Assembly: GCA_902619105.1 (NCBI GenBank)
Contig: CACNCV010000002.1
Span: forward strand, 172,436-236,435
Direction of reading: 5' to 3'
Source: an uncultured Pelagibacteraceae bacterium
GTDB lineage: Bacteria > Pseudomonadota > Alphaproteobacteria > Pelagibacterales > AG-422-B15
DNA: 64,000 bases
The position numbers and the translations under genes were made by a program. Below the pieces are notes generated by a model that saw only the letters and a list, made by a program, of their open reading frames with translations, was not told the origin of the DNA and searched no databases. This document shows positions 10,354 to 20,255 of the stretch, in pieces (position 1 is the first letter of the stretch; every line of letters starts with the position of its first letter).

Positions 10354-12439
10354 ACTATTAAGCTATAAGTACTTTTACATAATTGTTTTTTTATACATAG
10401 TTTTAATACTGGTGTCTTCAAACAAAATATCAGCTGATCAAAAAGTAAGAATTCTAGCTGATGAGGTAAAGGTAGAGGAAAATAGTGGAAACATAGAAGC
10501 TCGTGGTAATGCCATCGCCATAAGTGAAAAAGGAACGAAAATTAAATCTGATTTAATCAAATATAGTGATAATGATGGAAAATTCATTGCAGAAGGAAAC
10601 ATAATTCTAAATGATTTAAATGGTAACAGTTACTTTTTTAATAACTTAGTTTCTGATAATGAAATAAATGAATTTGAAGGTACCAATATAAAAGTAAGAA
10701 TGAATGACAGATCAAGAATAGTCGGCTCAAACTTTCAAAAAAAAGGTGAAATTAGTAAATTAGAAAACGCTGAATATACCCCATGTCTAGAAAACGAATA
10801 TTTAATTGAAAACTGTCCTGGTTGGAAATTAAAATCAAAAAGAATATTTCAAAATAATCAAAGTAAAACTATTCACTATGATCATGCAAGAATTCATCTT
10901 TTTAATATTCCTGTTTTTTACCTGCCTTACTTTTCTCATCCTGATCCATCTGTTAAAAAAAGATCAGGATTTTTAATGCCAACAGCTGAAACAGACCAAA
11001 ATCTTGGTGATACTTTTTCTTTACCAATTTTTTATAATATTAAAAGCAATCAGGACTTGACATTCACACCTACGTTTCAATCAAAAAGTAATAATTTTTA
11101 TTCAATAAATTATCGACTACTAAATGAAATTGGAGAATTTAATATTGATTCCAGCTTAGACGATAATAATGATAAGAGCGGTACAAGTAATCACTTCTTT
11201 TTGGAAACAAAATTAAATAACCCTTATGGATCCCTCAATGGTTTTGTTCAAACAAGCAATAATGATACCTACATGAGAAAAAACAAGATTAACAAATTAA
11301 CAGTGCTTAAATCAGGCTTAAGCTTTGATCGAACACATGATAATACATTCTTATCCTTAGATGCAATAGGATATAAGCATTTAGCTATCCAAGGAAGTGA
11401 GCAATGGGAATATTTATACCCAAGGATCATATTTAATATAAATGACATTGAAAATAATATTTACAATGGCAATGTATCTCTCAATAACCAATTTGATTTC
11501 AATAAGAGTCTCAATGATAGCTATACCTCACTTGCATCATCTCAAATTAATTGGAGCAATAACGTAGTAAACAACGACAATGGAATTGTTTTTGAAAATC
11601 AAGCAAATTTTAGAGTAGTCTCAATCTCAATAGATAACAAAGGCACAAGTGACACAGACAACATAAGACTATTTCCACAAGTAGACAGCATTATTAGCTA
11701 TCCACTCATCAAATCTTCGGAGAATATCAATCAAACTATAACTCCAAAAATAATGCCAATTTTAGCTCCATTTAATAATTATACGGACTCTAAAAGTATT
11801 TCTAGCAGCAATTTATTTTCATCAAACAGAGCAACTTCAATAAAAGAATGGGAGAGTGGGCCACGAATTAATTATGGACTTGATTGGTTTATAGACAATA
11901 AAAATAACTCGAATGTAAAAATAACACTTGGACAAAGTTATAGATTTAATAAGAATAGCTCTGATACAGTAGAAGAATTATCTGACTATTTCATCTCTTC
12001 AAACGTATCAGTTAATAATAGCTATTTAAATAATTCAATTGTGATTGACAGAAAAGATATAGACATCAAATCAATCAGTATGAATACTTATACAGAATTA
12101 TATAATCTAAAAGTTAAATTAGATTACGATTATACTTCTGGTAAATATTCAAATACAAATGAGCAAATTGCTATTGGCGGTAAATACAATTTAGATGACA
12201 ACTTTTTTGTAAAATTTACTGGAACGAAAGATATTGATAAAAATAAAAATATTGGTTATCAATACGGCCTACTCTATGAAGATAACTGTCTAGGTATTGA
12301 TTTTAATTACTATAGAGATTTAACAATTGATAGAGATATAAAAGAAAGTGATGGATATAGCTTCACGATTGTTCTGAAACCATTTGGTTCTACAAGAAGT
12401 TATGGAAAAAATAAAGTGTTTGGACCATCTATAAATTAA
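10346..12439 (+). CDS. lptD: LPS assembly outer-membrane protein LptD (OstA)
   Basis: AEYTPC...CPGWKL, PVFYLPYFSHPDPSVKKRSGFLMP, YEDNCLG. Confidence 0.93.
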   Translation: MNKLLSYKYFYIIVFLYIVLILVSSNKISADQKVRILADEVKVEENSGNIEARGNAIAISEKGTKIKSDLIKYSDNDGKFIAEGNIILNDLNGNSYFFNNLVSDNEINEFEGTNIKVRMNDRSRIVGSNFQKKGEISKLENAEYTPCLENEYLIENCPGWKLKSKRIFQNNQSKTIHYDHARIHLFNIPVFYLPYFSHPDPSVKKRSGFLMPTAETDQNLGDTFSLPIFYNIKSNQDLTFTPTFQSKSNNFYSINYRLLNEIGEFNIDSSLDDNNDKSGTSNHFFLETKLNNPYGSLNGFVQTSNNDTYMRKNKINKLTVLKSGLSFDRTHDNTFLSLDAIGYKHLAIQGSEQWEYLYPRIIFNINDIENNIYNGNVSLNNQFDFNKSLNDSYTSLASSQINWSNNVVNNDNGIVFENQANFRVVSISIDNKGTSDTDNIRLFPQVDSIISYPLIKSSENINQTITPKIMPILAPFNNYTDSKSISSSNLFSSNRATSIKEWESGPRINYGLDWFIDNKNNSNVKITLGQSYRFNKNSSDTVEELSDYFISSNVSVNNSYLNNSIVIDRKDIDIKSISMNTYTELYNLKVKLDYDYTSGKYSNTNEQIAIGGKYNLDDNFFVKFTGTKDIDKNKNIGYQYGLLYEDNCLGIDFNYYRDLTIDRDIKESDGYSFTIVLKPFGSTRSYGKNKVFGPSIN

Positions 12440-12440
12440 T

Positions 12441-13052
12441 ATGTTTTTTTTTAAGTCTATAAGTTTTAGTTTTTTTATATTTATATTTACTACATGCATA
12501 ATTCATTCTGATACAAAAATTGAACATAAAATAGCTGTAATTGTTAATGAAGAAATGATTACATCCTTCGATATTATTCAAAGAATGAAATTAAGTGCGA
12601 TACTTAATAGAATAAATATAAATAATCAAAATAATCAGATTATGATCAATAATGCCGTAGATGAATTAATTCATGAAAAATTAAAAAAAGAAAAGATTAA
12701 TGAATATGAAATGAGTATAAGTGAAAATGAATATATTGAATTTGAAAATAATTTTTTTATGAACAATAACCTTGAAAAGAATGCACTGATAGACATTTTG
12801 GAATTAAATAATGTTAAATATTCAGTATTAAAAGATTTTTTAGAAAATGAGATATTATGGAATAAGTTAATAAATAACCTTTACTTCCGCCTTACATCTG
12901 TCAGTGATATGGAAATTGATGAGATTATTTCAAAAAACCCAGACATTACTTTAGAACAAGCAAAAAATTTAGTTATCAAACGTCAATTAGATTTAAAAAG
13001 CAGCAAAATGTTACGTGATATGCTTAATGAAGCAACAGTTGAATATAAATAA
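12441..13052 (+). CDS. surA: SurA-like periplasmic chaperone, core module only
   Basis: IAVIVNEEMITSFDIIQR N-domain and C-terminal 'LRDMLNEATVEYK' helix; follows lptD. Confidence 0.8.
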   Translation: MFFFKSISFSFFIFIFTTCIIHSDTKIEHKIAVIVNEEMITSFDIIQRMKLSAILNRININNQNNQIMINNAVDELIHEKLKKEKINEYEMSISENEYIEFENNFFMNNNLEKNALIDILELNNVKYSVLKDFLENEILWNKLINNLYFRLTSVSDMEIDEIISKNPDITLEQAKNLVIKRQLDLKSSKMLRDMLNEATVEYK

Positions 13053-13818
13053 GTCTAGACCTAAAAAATCTTTAGGGCAGAACTTCATAATCGATGATGA
13101 ATTCAGCAGAAAATTAAGTAAATCCATTAATTCCGATAAAGACACTAATATAATTGAAATAGGTCCAGGTAAGGGGGCATTAACAGGTTATTTATTAGAA
13201 AAAGAATTTAAATCAATTGTATTAATTGAAAAAGATAGGGAACTTTATCAAAATTTATATAAATCTTTTAAAAATGACAAAAGAATTGAGGTAAAAAATA
13301 TCGATGCACTTCATGTGAAATATGAGAAGCTAAAATTAGAGGGTAAAGTTATAATTGTTGGAAACTTACCATTCAATGTTTCAACTCAATTACTCTTTAA
13401 GTGGCTGGATACAAAACAATGGCCTCCTTTCTATAATAGAATGGTTCTTATGTTCCAAAAAGAAGTGGCAGATAGGATCAAGTCAGGGAAGAATAGTAAG
13501 AGTTATGGTAAAATATCTGTTGCATGCCAAGCAAGGTGTGAAATTAATGAACTGATGACGGCACCTCCGGAAATTTTTTACCCTGTTCCAAAAGTCTATG
13601 GGACAGTACTTGATTTTCAGCCATCGCTAAAATATAAAAATATAGATTTCGTAAAACTAAAGAAAATACTTTCACTAGGTTTTAGTAAGCGCAGAAAAAA
13701 AATAAAAACATCTTTAAAAGATTATAAAAAAGAATTGATGGATCTAAAGATTGACGAAAATCTTAGGGCTGAAGACTTAAGCGTTAAAGATTTTTGCAAA
13801 TTATCAATGTGTTCTTAG
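13027..13818 (+). CDS. rsmA: 16S rRNA m6,2A dimethyltransferase (KsgA)
   Basis: KKSLGQNF, IEIGPGKG, GNLPFNVST, MFQKEVADR. The ATG at 13027 is preferred over the track start at 13015. Confidence 0.95.
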   Translation: MKQQLNINKSRPKKSLGQNFIIDDEFSRKLSKSINSDKDTNIIEIGPGKGALTGYLLEKEFKSIVLIEKDRELYQNLYKSFKNDKRIEVKNIDALHVKYEKLKLEGKVIIVGNLPFNVSTQLLFKWLDTKQWPPFYNRMVLMFQKEVADRIKSGKNSKSYGKISVACQARCEINELMTAPPEIFYPVPKVYGTVLDFQPSLKYKNIDFVKLKKILSLGFSKRRKKIKTSLKDYKKELMDLKIDENLRAEDLSVKDFCKLSMCS

Positions 13819-14397
13819 TTTTTTTCTGTTTTTTATAATTAAAAGCTGTATTTCTCTAATACACTCATCAATGTTATCGTTTAAAATAACATGATCATAT
13901 TCTTCTTTATGGCTAATTTCTGTTTCGTAAAACAACATTCTTTTTTTAATAGATTCCTCATTATCTCCTGAAAGTACTGATCTAGCTTGAAGTCTTTCGT
14001 AAATATCTTTTTTAGATGGCGGCATAATAAAAAAAGATAAAATATTTTTATATTCTGAATTTTTCAATTGTTTTGCACCCTGCCAATCAATATCAAATAA
14101 TACATCAAATCCTTCATTTATTAATTTCTTAACATCTTTATGTAATGAGCCATATAGATTACCAAAAACTCTTGCGTATTCTGCATACTCTTTATTAGCA
14201 ATTTTTTTTTTAAAGTGATCTTCACTAACAAAATTATAGTCCTTGCCATCAATTTCATTATCTCTTGGAGTTCTTGTGGTGTCTGAAATTGATATTTTTA
14301 TACAGTCATCATTCTGTAATATTTTTTTACATATTGTTGTTTTTCCAGCACCAGACGGAGAGGAAATTATGATAATCATTTGTGATTTGTTAAGCAT
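13804..14397 (-). CDS. gmk: Guanylate kinase
   Basis: SSPSGAGKTT, SDTTRTPR, YGS, DIDWQGA. Confidence 0.97.
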   Translation of the reverse strand: MLNKSQMIIIISSPSGAGKTTICKKILQNDDCIKISISDTTRTPRDNEIDGKDYNFVSEDHFKKKIANKEYAEYARVFGNLYGSLHKDVKKLINEGFDVLFDIDWQGAKQLKNSEYKNILSFFIMPPSKKDIYERLQARSVLSGDNEESIKKRMLFYETEISHKEEYDHVILNDNIDECIREIQLLIIKNRKKLRTH

Positions 14398-15649
14398 TAT
14401 ATTTGGTAAAAACTAGTGAAACATTTGTACCGCCGAATCCAAAGGAATTAGATAGAATATTTTTTACTTTAAAATCTAATGGCTCGTCTCTTATAAAATG
14501 AATTTTTTTTGAAGGTAGCTCATTGTTCAAATTTAAATTGTAAGGCAATTTACCATTTAATAAACTCAATATACTATATGAAGCCTCTACTGCGCCCGCA
14601 GCACCAAGAAGATGGCCAGTTTGAGACTTTGTTGATGAAACACAAATGTCATCTTTATTGTCAGAAAATAGCCTATCAATCGCGATTGCCTCAATCTGAT
14701 CGCCCGTCGGGGTAGACGTTCCATGAGCATTAATGTAATCAATTTCGCTTGGTAGAATAGAGGCATCCTTTAAACAATTATTCATAGCCCTAAATGCTCC
14801 GTCTCCAGATGGTTCCGGTAGTGTGTAATGATATGCATCAGAAGACATACCATAACCAGTGATTTCACATAGAATTTTTGCATTTCTAGCAATTGCATGC
14901 TCAAGACTTTCTAATATTAATATTGAAGCGCCCTCCCCCATAACAAATCCATCTCTTTCTTCATCAAACGGTCTTGATGCTTCTTCGGGACTTTCGTTAT
15001 TTTTTATACTCAGCGCTTTACAGGCTGTAAATCCCTCAATACCTATAGGAGAAATCGTAGCTTCAGAGCCACCAGTCATCATTAGATCTGCCTGTCCATG
15101 TTGAATTAATCTGTACGACTCTCCAATAGCATGAGCTGAGGATGCACAAGCTGAAACTGTTGAATAGCTGGGTCCTTTAAGGTTGTAATTAATTGACAGA
15201 TATCCAGCAGCCATATTAATAATTCTCCCAGTGATAAAAAAAGGACTGACTCTTTTGTCGTGCCTAAAATCTATTGAAGTATTCTCAATTCCTGGCAATC
15301 CACCCATACCAGAGCCAATTATGCATCCTGATCTATAAGATATTGGATCTTCTATATTTTTGATATCACTATGATCAAAGGCCTCTTTACCTGCTGCTAA
15401 TGCAAACTTAATAAACTCATCAATTTTTTTTATCTCTTTTTTTTCTATCCATTCGTAAGCGTTAAATGCTCCCTGGATATTTTCACCTTGTGGTACTTCA
15501 CAGGCTACCTTACATTTAAAATTTGTAGGATCAAATTTTGATATTTTACGTGCACCAGATTTACCAGAAATAAGATTATTCCAATTTGTCTCACTGCCAC
15601 AGCCTAATGGGGTTACTAAACCTATGCCAGTAACGACTACTCTTGTCAT
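14390..15649 (-). CDS. fabF: 3-oxoacyl-ACP synthase II
   Basis: SACASSAH, INAHGTST, TGHLLGAAG, NSFGFGGTN. Confidence 0.98.
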   Translation of the reverse strand: MTRVVVTGIGLVTPLGCGSETNWNNLISGKSGARKISKFDPTNFKCKVACEVPQGENIQGAFNAYEWIEKKEIKKIDEFIKFALAAGKEAFDHSDIKNIEDPISYRSGCIIGSGMGGLPGIENTSIDFRHDKRVSPFFITGRIINMAAGYLSINYNLKGPSYSTVSACASSAHAIGESYRLIQHGQADLMMTGGSEATISPIGIEGFTACKALSIKNNESPEEASRPFDEERDGFVMGEGASILILESLEHAIARNAKILCEITGYGMSSDAYHYTLPEPSGDGAFRAMNNCLKDASILPSEIDYINAHGTSTPTGDQIEAIAIDRLFSDNKDDICVSSTKSQTGHLLGAAGAVEASYSILSLLNGKLPYNLNLNNELPSKKIHFIRDEPLDFKVKNILSNSFGFGGTNVSLVFTKYNA

Positions 15650-15664
15650 AATTTATTGACTGAT

Positions 15665-15895
15665 TTAAGACTCTAAATGTGAAATAGCATCACCAACAGT
15701 TAGAATTGTCTCAGCTTTCTCATCTGGTATCTCTACATCAAAAGCTTCTTCAAATGCCATAACTAACTCAACAGTATCTAAGCTATCTGCACCAAGATCA
15801 TCAATAAACTTAGCATCGTTAGTGATTTTCTCCATATCATCTATACCTAGATGTTCTGCAATAATCTTTTTAACTTTTTCGGCAACTTCACTCAT
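15665..15895 (-). CDS. acpP: Acyl carrier protein
   Basis: [18 protein letters not shown]; AGGAG Shine-Dalgarno upstream. Confidence 0.99.
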   Translation of the reverse strand: MSEVAEKVKKIIAEHLGIDDMEKITNDAKFIDDLGADSLDTVELVMAFEEAFDVEIPDEKAETILTVGDAISHLES

Positions 15896-15938
15896 ATTTA
15901 CTCCTAATTATTTAATTTCACTAATATTACAACATGCA

Positions 15939-16658
15939 TCACATTGTCAAGCCGCCATTAACATGAAGCACCTGCCCTGTAATATATGATGATTCTTCAG
16001 ACGATAGAAAAAAAACTACTTCTGCAATTTCATTGGCTTCACCAATTCTGCCCATAGGAACCTTTTGGATCATATCGTCAAGTCTAGATTTATTTACAGA
16101 TTTAAGTATTTCTGTATTTACAAACCCAGGAGCAACAGAATTAACTGTTATTCCTCTTGATGCTACTTCATTTGCTAAAGTTCTTGTCAATCCCTCAATT
16201 GCAGATTTAGAAGCTACGTAGTTAGATTGACCAGGATTTCCTATTTTTGCTGCATCAGATGAAATATTGATAATTCTTCCCCATCTTGACTTTATCATGC
16301 TTTTTATAATTAATTTAGTAAGAATAAAATTAGAATTTAAATTTAAATTTATAACTTCTTCCCATTCAGCTTCTTTCATTCGCATAAATAAGTTATCACG
16401 AGTTATTCCTGCATTATTAATCAAGATGTCAATTCGTCCTAACTTCTCCTCAGCTTGATCCACTAAGTTTTGTATTTGATTCTTTTCGGAAAGATTGCAT
16501 TGCACAAAAGTAAGTCTATCTGGATAATATTTAGATAATGCATTTAATTTTTCACTATTCGTTCCAGAGGCACAAATATTATATCCTGCATCATAGAATT
16601 TTTTAACCAAAGCATTTCCAATTCCTCCTGTAGCGCCTGTAATCAAAACATTTTTCAT
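15939..16658 (-). CDS. fabG: 3-oxoacyl-ACP reductase
   Basis: TGATGGIG, NNAGITRD, YVASK, VAPGF. Confidence 0.97.
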   Translation of the reverse strand: MKNVLITGATGGIGNALVKKFYDAGYNICASGTNSEKLNALSKYYPDRLTFVQCNLSEKNQIQNLVDQAEEKLGRIDILINNAGITRDNLFMRMKEAEWEEVINLNLNSNFILTKLIIKSMIKSRWGRIINISSDAAKIGNPGQSNYVASKSAIEGLTRTLANEVASRGITVNSVAPGFVNTEILKSVNKSRLDDMIQKVPMGRIGEANEIAEVVFFLSSEESSYITGQVLHVNGGLTM

Positions 16659-17593
16659 GACTGTATTTTTCTTAAAATTTCAAGATCCTCAACTTTCGAT
16701 ATAGAATATGCTTCTAAATTTTTTGATACTCTTCTTATCAGATTCGTAAGAACTGTACCCGGCCCAATTTCTATAAATCTTCTAAATCCATCTTTTTGCA
16801 TATTTTCAATTATTTCGCGCCATCTAACTTTACTTATTACTTGCATTCTCAATAAATCTGCTATGTCACTAGAATCACATATATTTGAAGTAACATTGGA
16901 ATACAATGGTACATTGAAATTTTTAAATTTGATTTTTTTTAACTCTGATTCAATTACATTTGAAGCATGCTTCATAAGTTCACAATGAAATGGTGCACTT
17001 ACTTGAAGTTTTATAGCTCTTTTTATATTTAAATTTTTTGTATTGTCTAAAATGAATTCTATAGCATTTTTTTCACCACTAAGAACTACCTGCCCTTGTG
17101 CATTATCGTTCGCAAGATAAATTTTTCCTTTTTCAGATGCAGTATCTATAATCATATTAACTGAATCATTCTTGCAACCAATCAACGCAATCATACCACC
17201 AGTGCCAAGAGGCATACTTTCTTGCATAGCTTTAGACCTTACTTTTAGAAGTCTAACAGATTCCTCAAAAATAATGCTACCATTTGCAACAAGAGCACTA
17301 TACTCACCCAATGAATGTCCAGCTACCGCTTGAAAAGAATTAATAGGTAATAAATTTTCATATTTTATAGCTTCCAGGATTGCAATGCTTGTTGCCATTA
17401 TAGCTGGTTGAGAATTTTCTGTTTGAGAAAGCTCAGAAATACTACCTGAAAAAATAATATCTTTTAGCCCCCTATCAAGAAAATTGTCTAATTCGTTATA
17501 TACCTTTCTTGAAGCTTGATATTTTTCATAGAAATCATAACCCATTCCTACACTTTGAGAGCCTTGACCGGGGAAAATTATTGCTGTTTTCAT
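16655..17593 (-). CDS. fabD: Malonyl-CoA:ACP transacylase
   Basis: FPGQGSQ, GHSLGEY, APFHC. The ATG at 17593 (MKTAIIF) is preferred over the track start at 17623. Confidence 0.97.
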   Translation of the reverse strand: MKTAIIFPGQGSQSVGMGYDFYEKYQASRKVYNELDNFLDRGLKDIIFSGSISELSQTENSQPAIMATSIAILEAIKYENLLPINSFQAVAGHSLGEYSALVANGSIIFEESVRLLKVRSKAMQESMPLGTGGMIALIGCKNDSVNMIIDTASEKGKIYLANDNAQGQVVLSGEKNAIEFILDNTKNLNIKRAIKLQVSAPFHCELMKHASNVIESELKKIKFKNFNVPLYSNVTSNICDSSDIADLLRMQVISKVRWREIIENMQKDGFRRFIEIGPGTVLTNLIRRVSKNLEAYSISKVEDLEILRKIQS

Positions 17594-17667
17594 TAAAAAA
17601 AAGAATACTTGCTTAATGCACAATTATAGAATATTTATCTCACTTTTAATAATAAATACATTTCTAT

Positions 17668-17994
17668 ATGGCACTTTTTGAGCATGTTATCATGTTAAAA
17701 CAAGACTTAAGCAGTAGTGAAGTCGATAACGTCTTAAAAACTCATCAAGAGACTTTAGGTGACCTTGAAGCAAACATAGTTTATAAAGAAAGTTGGGGCC
17801 TAAGGAACCTTGCTTATCCTATAAAAAATAACAAAAAAGCTTTTTATGAATTTATGAATATCGAAATGCCGCAACAAAATATTGAAGCCCTTAACTCCAA
17901 ACTCAATTTAAATGAAAATGTAATAAGGTATCTTTCTATTAAGGTAAAGTCGTTTGGGGAAACACCCACCGCAATGAAAAGTGAAAAGGATTAG
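17668..17994 (+). CDS. rpsF: 30S ribosomal protein S6
   Basis: [21 protein letters not shown]. Confidence 0.97.
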   Translation: MALFEHVIMLKQDLSSSEVDNVLKTHQETLGDLEANIVYKESWGLRNLAYPIKNNKKAFYEFMNIEMPQQNIEALNSKLNLNENVIRYLSIKVKSFGETPTAMKSEKD

Positions 17995-17999
17995 TACTC

Positions 18000-18191
18000 T
18001 TGGATAAATTAAGCAAAAATAAAGTAGATTTTGATTATAAAGATATTGCACCATTAAGGAAATTTATATCTGAGAAAGGCAAGATAACACCTCGAAGAAT
18101 TAGTTATATTTCTATTAAAAAACAAAAAGATCTATCAAATGCAATCAAAAGAGCAAGGTACTTATCTCTACTCCCCTATACAGGTAAATAA
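18000..18191 (+). CDS. rpsR: 30S ribosomal protein S18, N-terminally trimmed
   Basis: [25 protein letters not shown]; TTG start with AAGGA 9 nt upstream; in-frame TGA at 17982 prevents extension. Confidence 0.93.
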   Translation: MDKLSKNKVDFDYKDIAPLRKFISEKGKITPRRISYISIKKQKDLSNAIKRARYLSLLPYTGK

Positions 18192-18194
18192 AAA

Positions 18195-18641
18195 ATGGAA
18201 ATCATAATTCTAGAGTCACTCAACAAATTAGGTAAGGCTGGTGACGTAGTTAATGTGAAAGATGGTTTTGCAAGAAATTTTTTGATACCACAAAAAAAAG
18301 CTATTGTAGCCAATAAAAAAAATAAATCAGATTTAGAGAAAAAAATGTCTGAAATAGAAAAAAATAACCAAATTAAAGTTAAAGAAGCTCAAGATGTTAA
18401 AAGTAAAATCGAAGGTAAAACAATCAAAATAGAGATGGAGTCAAATGAAGAAGGCAATTTATATGGTGCCGTAACGCAAAAATCAATTGTCGAAAGTATC
18501 CTGGGCTCGATGTCCATAAAACTTTCAACTGACTCTGTAATATTGACACCAATTAAAGCTTTGGGCATGCATGAAATCAAGATTCATTTATATGATGAAG
18601 TTTATGCAAATATTAATCTCGAAATAATTAATAAATCTTAA
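18195..18641 (+). CDS. rplI: 50S ribosomal protein L9
   Basis: LGKAGDVVNVKDGFARNFLIP, GNLYGAV. Confidence 0.97.
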   Translation: MEIIILESLNKLGKAGDVVNVKDGFARNFLIPQKKAIVANKKNKSDLEKKMSEIEKNNQIKVKEAQDVKSKIEGKTIKIEMESNEEGNLYGAVTQKSIVESILGSMSIKLSTDSVILTPIKALGMHEIKIHLYDEVYANINLEIINKS

Positions 18642-18786
18642 TACAAACTATAATTTTTTCAGCTAGTTATTTAGTAATTATAACCCTATTTGTAACAGCA
18701 TTATCTATCAACATTTTGAATTGCCTGTTAGTATCTTTTTAAAAAAATATACTGACAATATATTTAGATTACTGTTTATTAGCGGG

Positions 18787-20244
18787 ATGTCATCTACCTT
18801 TCAATTTTCTAATAACTCTATAACTGTAAAAGAACTACCTCATAACATAGAAGCTGAGCAGGGTCTACTTGGAGCGATTTTACTTAATAACGAAATTTAT
18901 TACGACATAATTGAAATTATTAATATTGAGCATTTTTATGAGCCCGTACACCGCACAATCTTTGATGTTATAAATAAACTCATTTCAAAAGGTCAAATAG
19001 CTACACCAATTACTCTAAAAAGTTATTTTGAAGTAGAAAGAAACTTAGAGGAAATTGGTGGCTCAAACTATTTGGCGAGACTTGCAAATTCTACTGTGTC
19101 ATTAGATTATGCAAAGAATTATGCATACATAATATATGATTTAGCTGTAAGACGCGGACTTTATGAATTAGGAGGTAAAGTTCAACATGATGCAATAGAA
19201 AGTGATATGGATGTAAAACCATCTGACTTGATTGAAGAAGCAGAAAAAAATCTATACCAAATTTCTGAAAAAGGTACATCATCTCATAACGTTCAGACAT
19301 TCAAAAGCTCTGTTGAAGAAGCGATTGAGCTTGCCACAAAAGCTTTCGAAAAAGATAGCAGTGTAGTTGGTATATCGTCTGAATTTAGAGATCTTGATGC
19401 AAAACTTGGTGGTCTTCATCCGTCAGATTTAATCATTATAGCAGGAAGACCATCAATGGGGAAAACTTCATTAGCAACAAATATCGCATACAACATTGCT
19501 GCGAATGCATACAAAGCTAAGGACCATACTTCATCAGTTCTATTTTTTTCTTTAGAAATGTCTTCTGAACAATTAGCTACAAGAATTTTATCTGAGCAGT
19601 CCCGCATAAGTTCAAATGATATAAGAAGAGGAAATTTGTCTGAAAATGACTTGGATAATCTTGTTTCAGTTTCAAAAGATATTTTGGAAATACCACTTTT
19701 TATAGATGATACTCCAGCAGTAAATATTGGCACTCTTTCGTCAAGAGCAAGGAGATTAAAACGAAAGCATGGCCTAGGAGTTATAGTGATTGACTATCTT
19801 CAGCTATTAAGACCAAGCAAATTATCTAGAAATGAGTCAAGAGTTTTAGAAATATCTGAAATCACACAAGGATTAAAAGCTTTAGCAAAAGAATTAAATA
19901 TTCCAATTATTGCCTTATCTCAATTATCGCGACAAGTAGAGCAACGAGAAGATAAAAAACCTCAATTATCTGATTTGAGAGAGTCAGGCTCGATCGAGCA
20001 AGACTCAGATGTTGTAATGTTTATTTACAGAGAAGAATATTACCTAGAAAAAAATGCCCCATCTCCAGGAACCGCTGAATTTATAGAATGGCAACAAAAG
20101 ATGGATGAAATACATGGTCAGGCAGACTTGCTTATATTAAAACAAAGACATGGACCTACTGGTAATATAAAGTTAAGTTTTGATGCAAAATACACAAGAT
20201 TTGGAAACTTTATAAGTAAAGATCATATAGAAAGCTATGAGTAA
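18787..20244 (+). CDS. dnaB: Replicative DNA helicase
   Basis: PHNIEAEQGLLG, AGRPSMGKT, FFSLEMS, IDYLQL, LSQLSR, DLRESGSIEQD, KQRHGP. The ATG at 18787 is preferred over the TTG at 18721. Confidence 0.98.
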   Translation: MSSTFQFSNNSITVKELPHNIEAEQGLLGAILLNNEIYYDIIEIINIEHFYEPVHRTIFDVINKLISKGQIATPITLKSYFEVERNLEEIGGSNYLARLANSTVSLDYAKNYAYIIYDLAVRRGLYELGGKVQHDAIESDMDVKPSDLIEEAEKNLYQISEKGTSSHNVQTFKSSVEEAIELATKAFEKDSSVVGISSEFRDLDAKLGGLHPSDLIIIAGRPSMGKTSLATNIAYNIAANAYKAKDHTSSVLFFSLEMSSEQLATRILSEQSRISSNDIRRGNLSENDLDNLVSVSKDILEIPLFIDDTPAVNIGTLSSRARRLKRKHGLGVIVIDYLQLLRPSKLSRNESRVLEISEITQGLKALAKELNIPIIALSQLSRQVEQREDKKPQLSDLRESGSIEQDSDVVMFIYREEYYLEKNAPSPGTAEFIEWQQKMDEIHGQADLLILKQRHGPTGNIKLSFDAKYTRFGNFISKDHIESYE

Positions 20245-20255
20245 ATATTTCAAAT

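Noticed and set aside
18727-18756. Imperfect hairpin GTTAGTAT...ATACTGAC between rplI and dnaB
   Set aside because: Weak, AT-rich and without a U-tract; not enough to call a terminator or RNA element
13015-18786. Extended N-termini in the ORF track for rsmA (13015), fabD (17623) and dnaB (18721); likewise the TPR gene (35914)
   Set aside because: The extensions have no homology-like content or overlap neighbouring genes; downstream ATGs match the expected family N-termini
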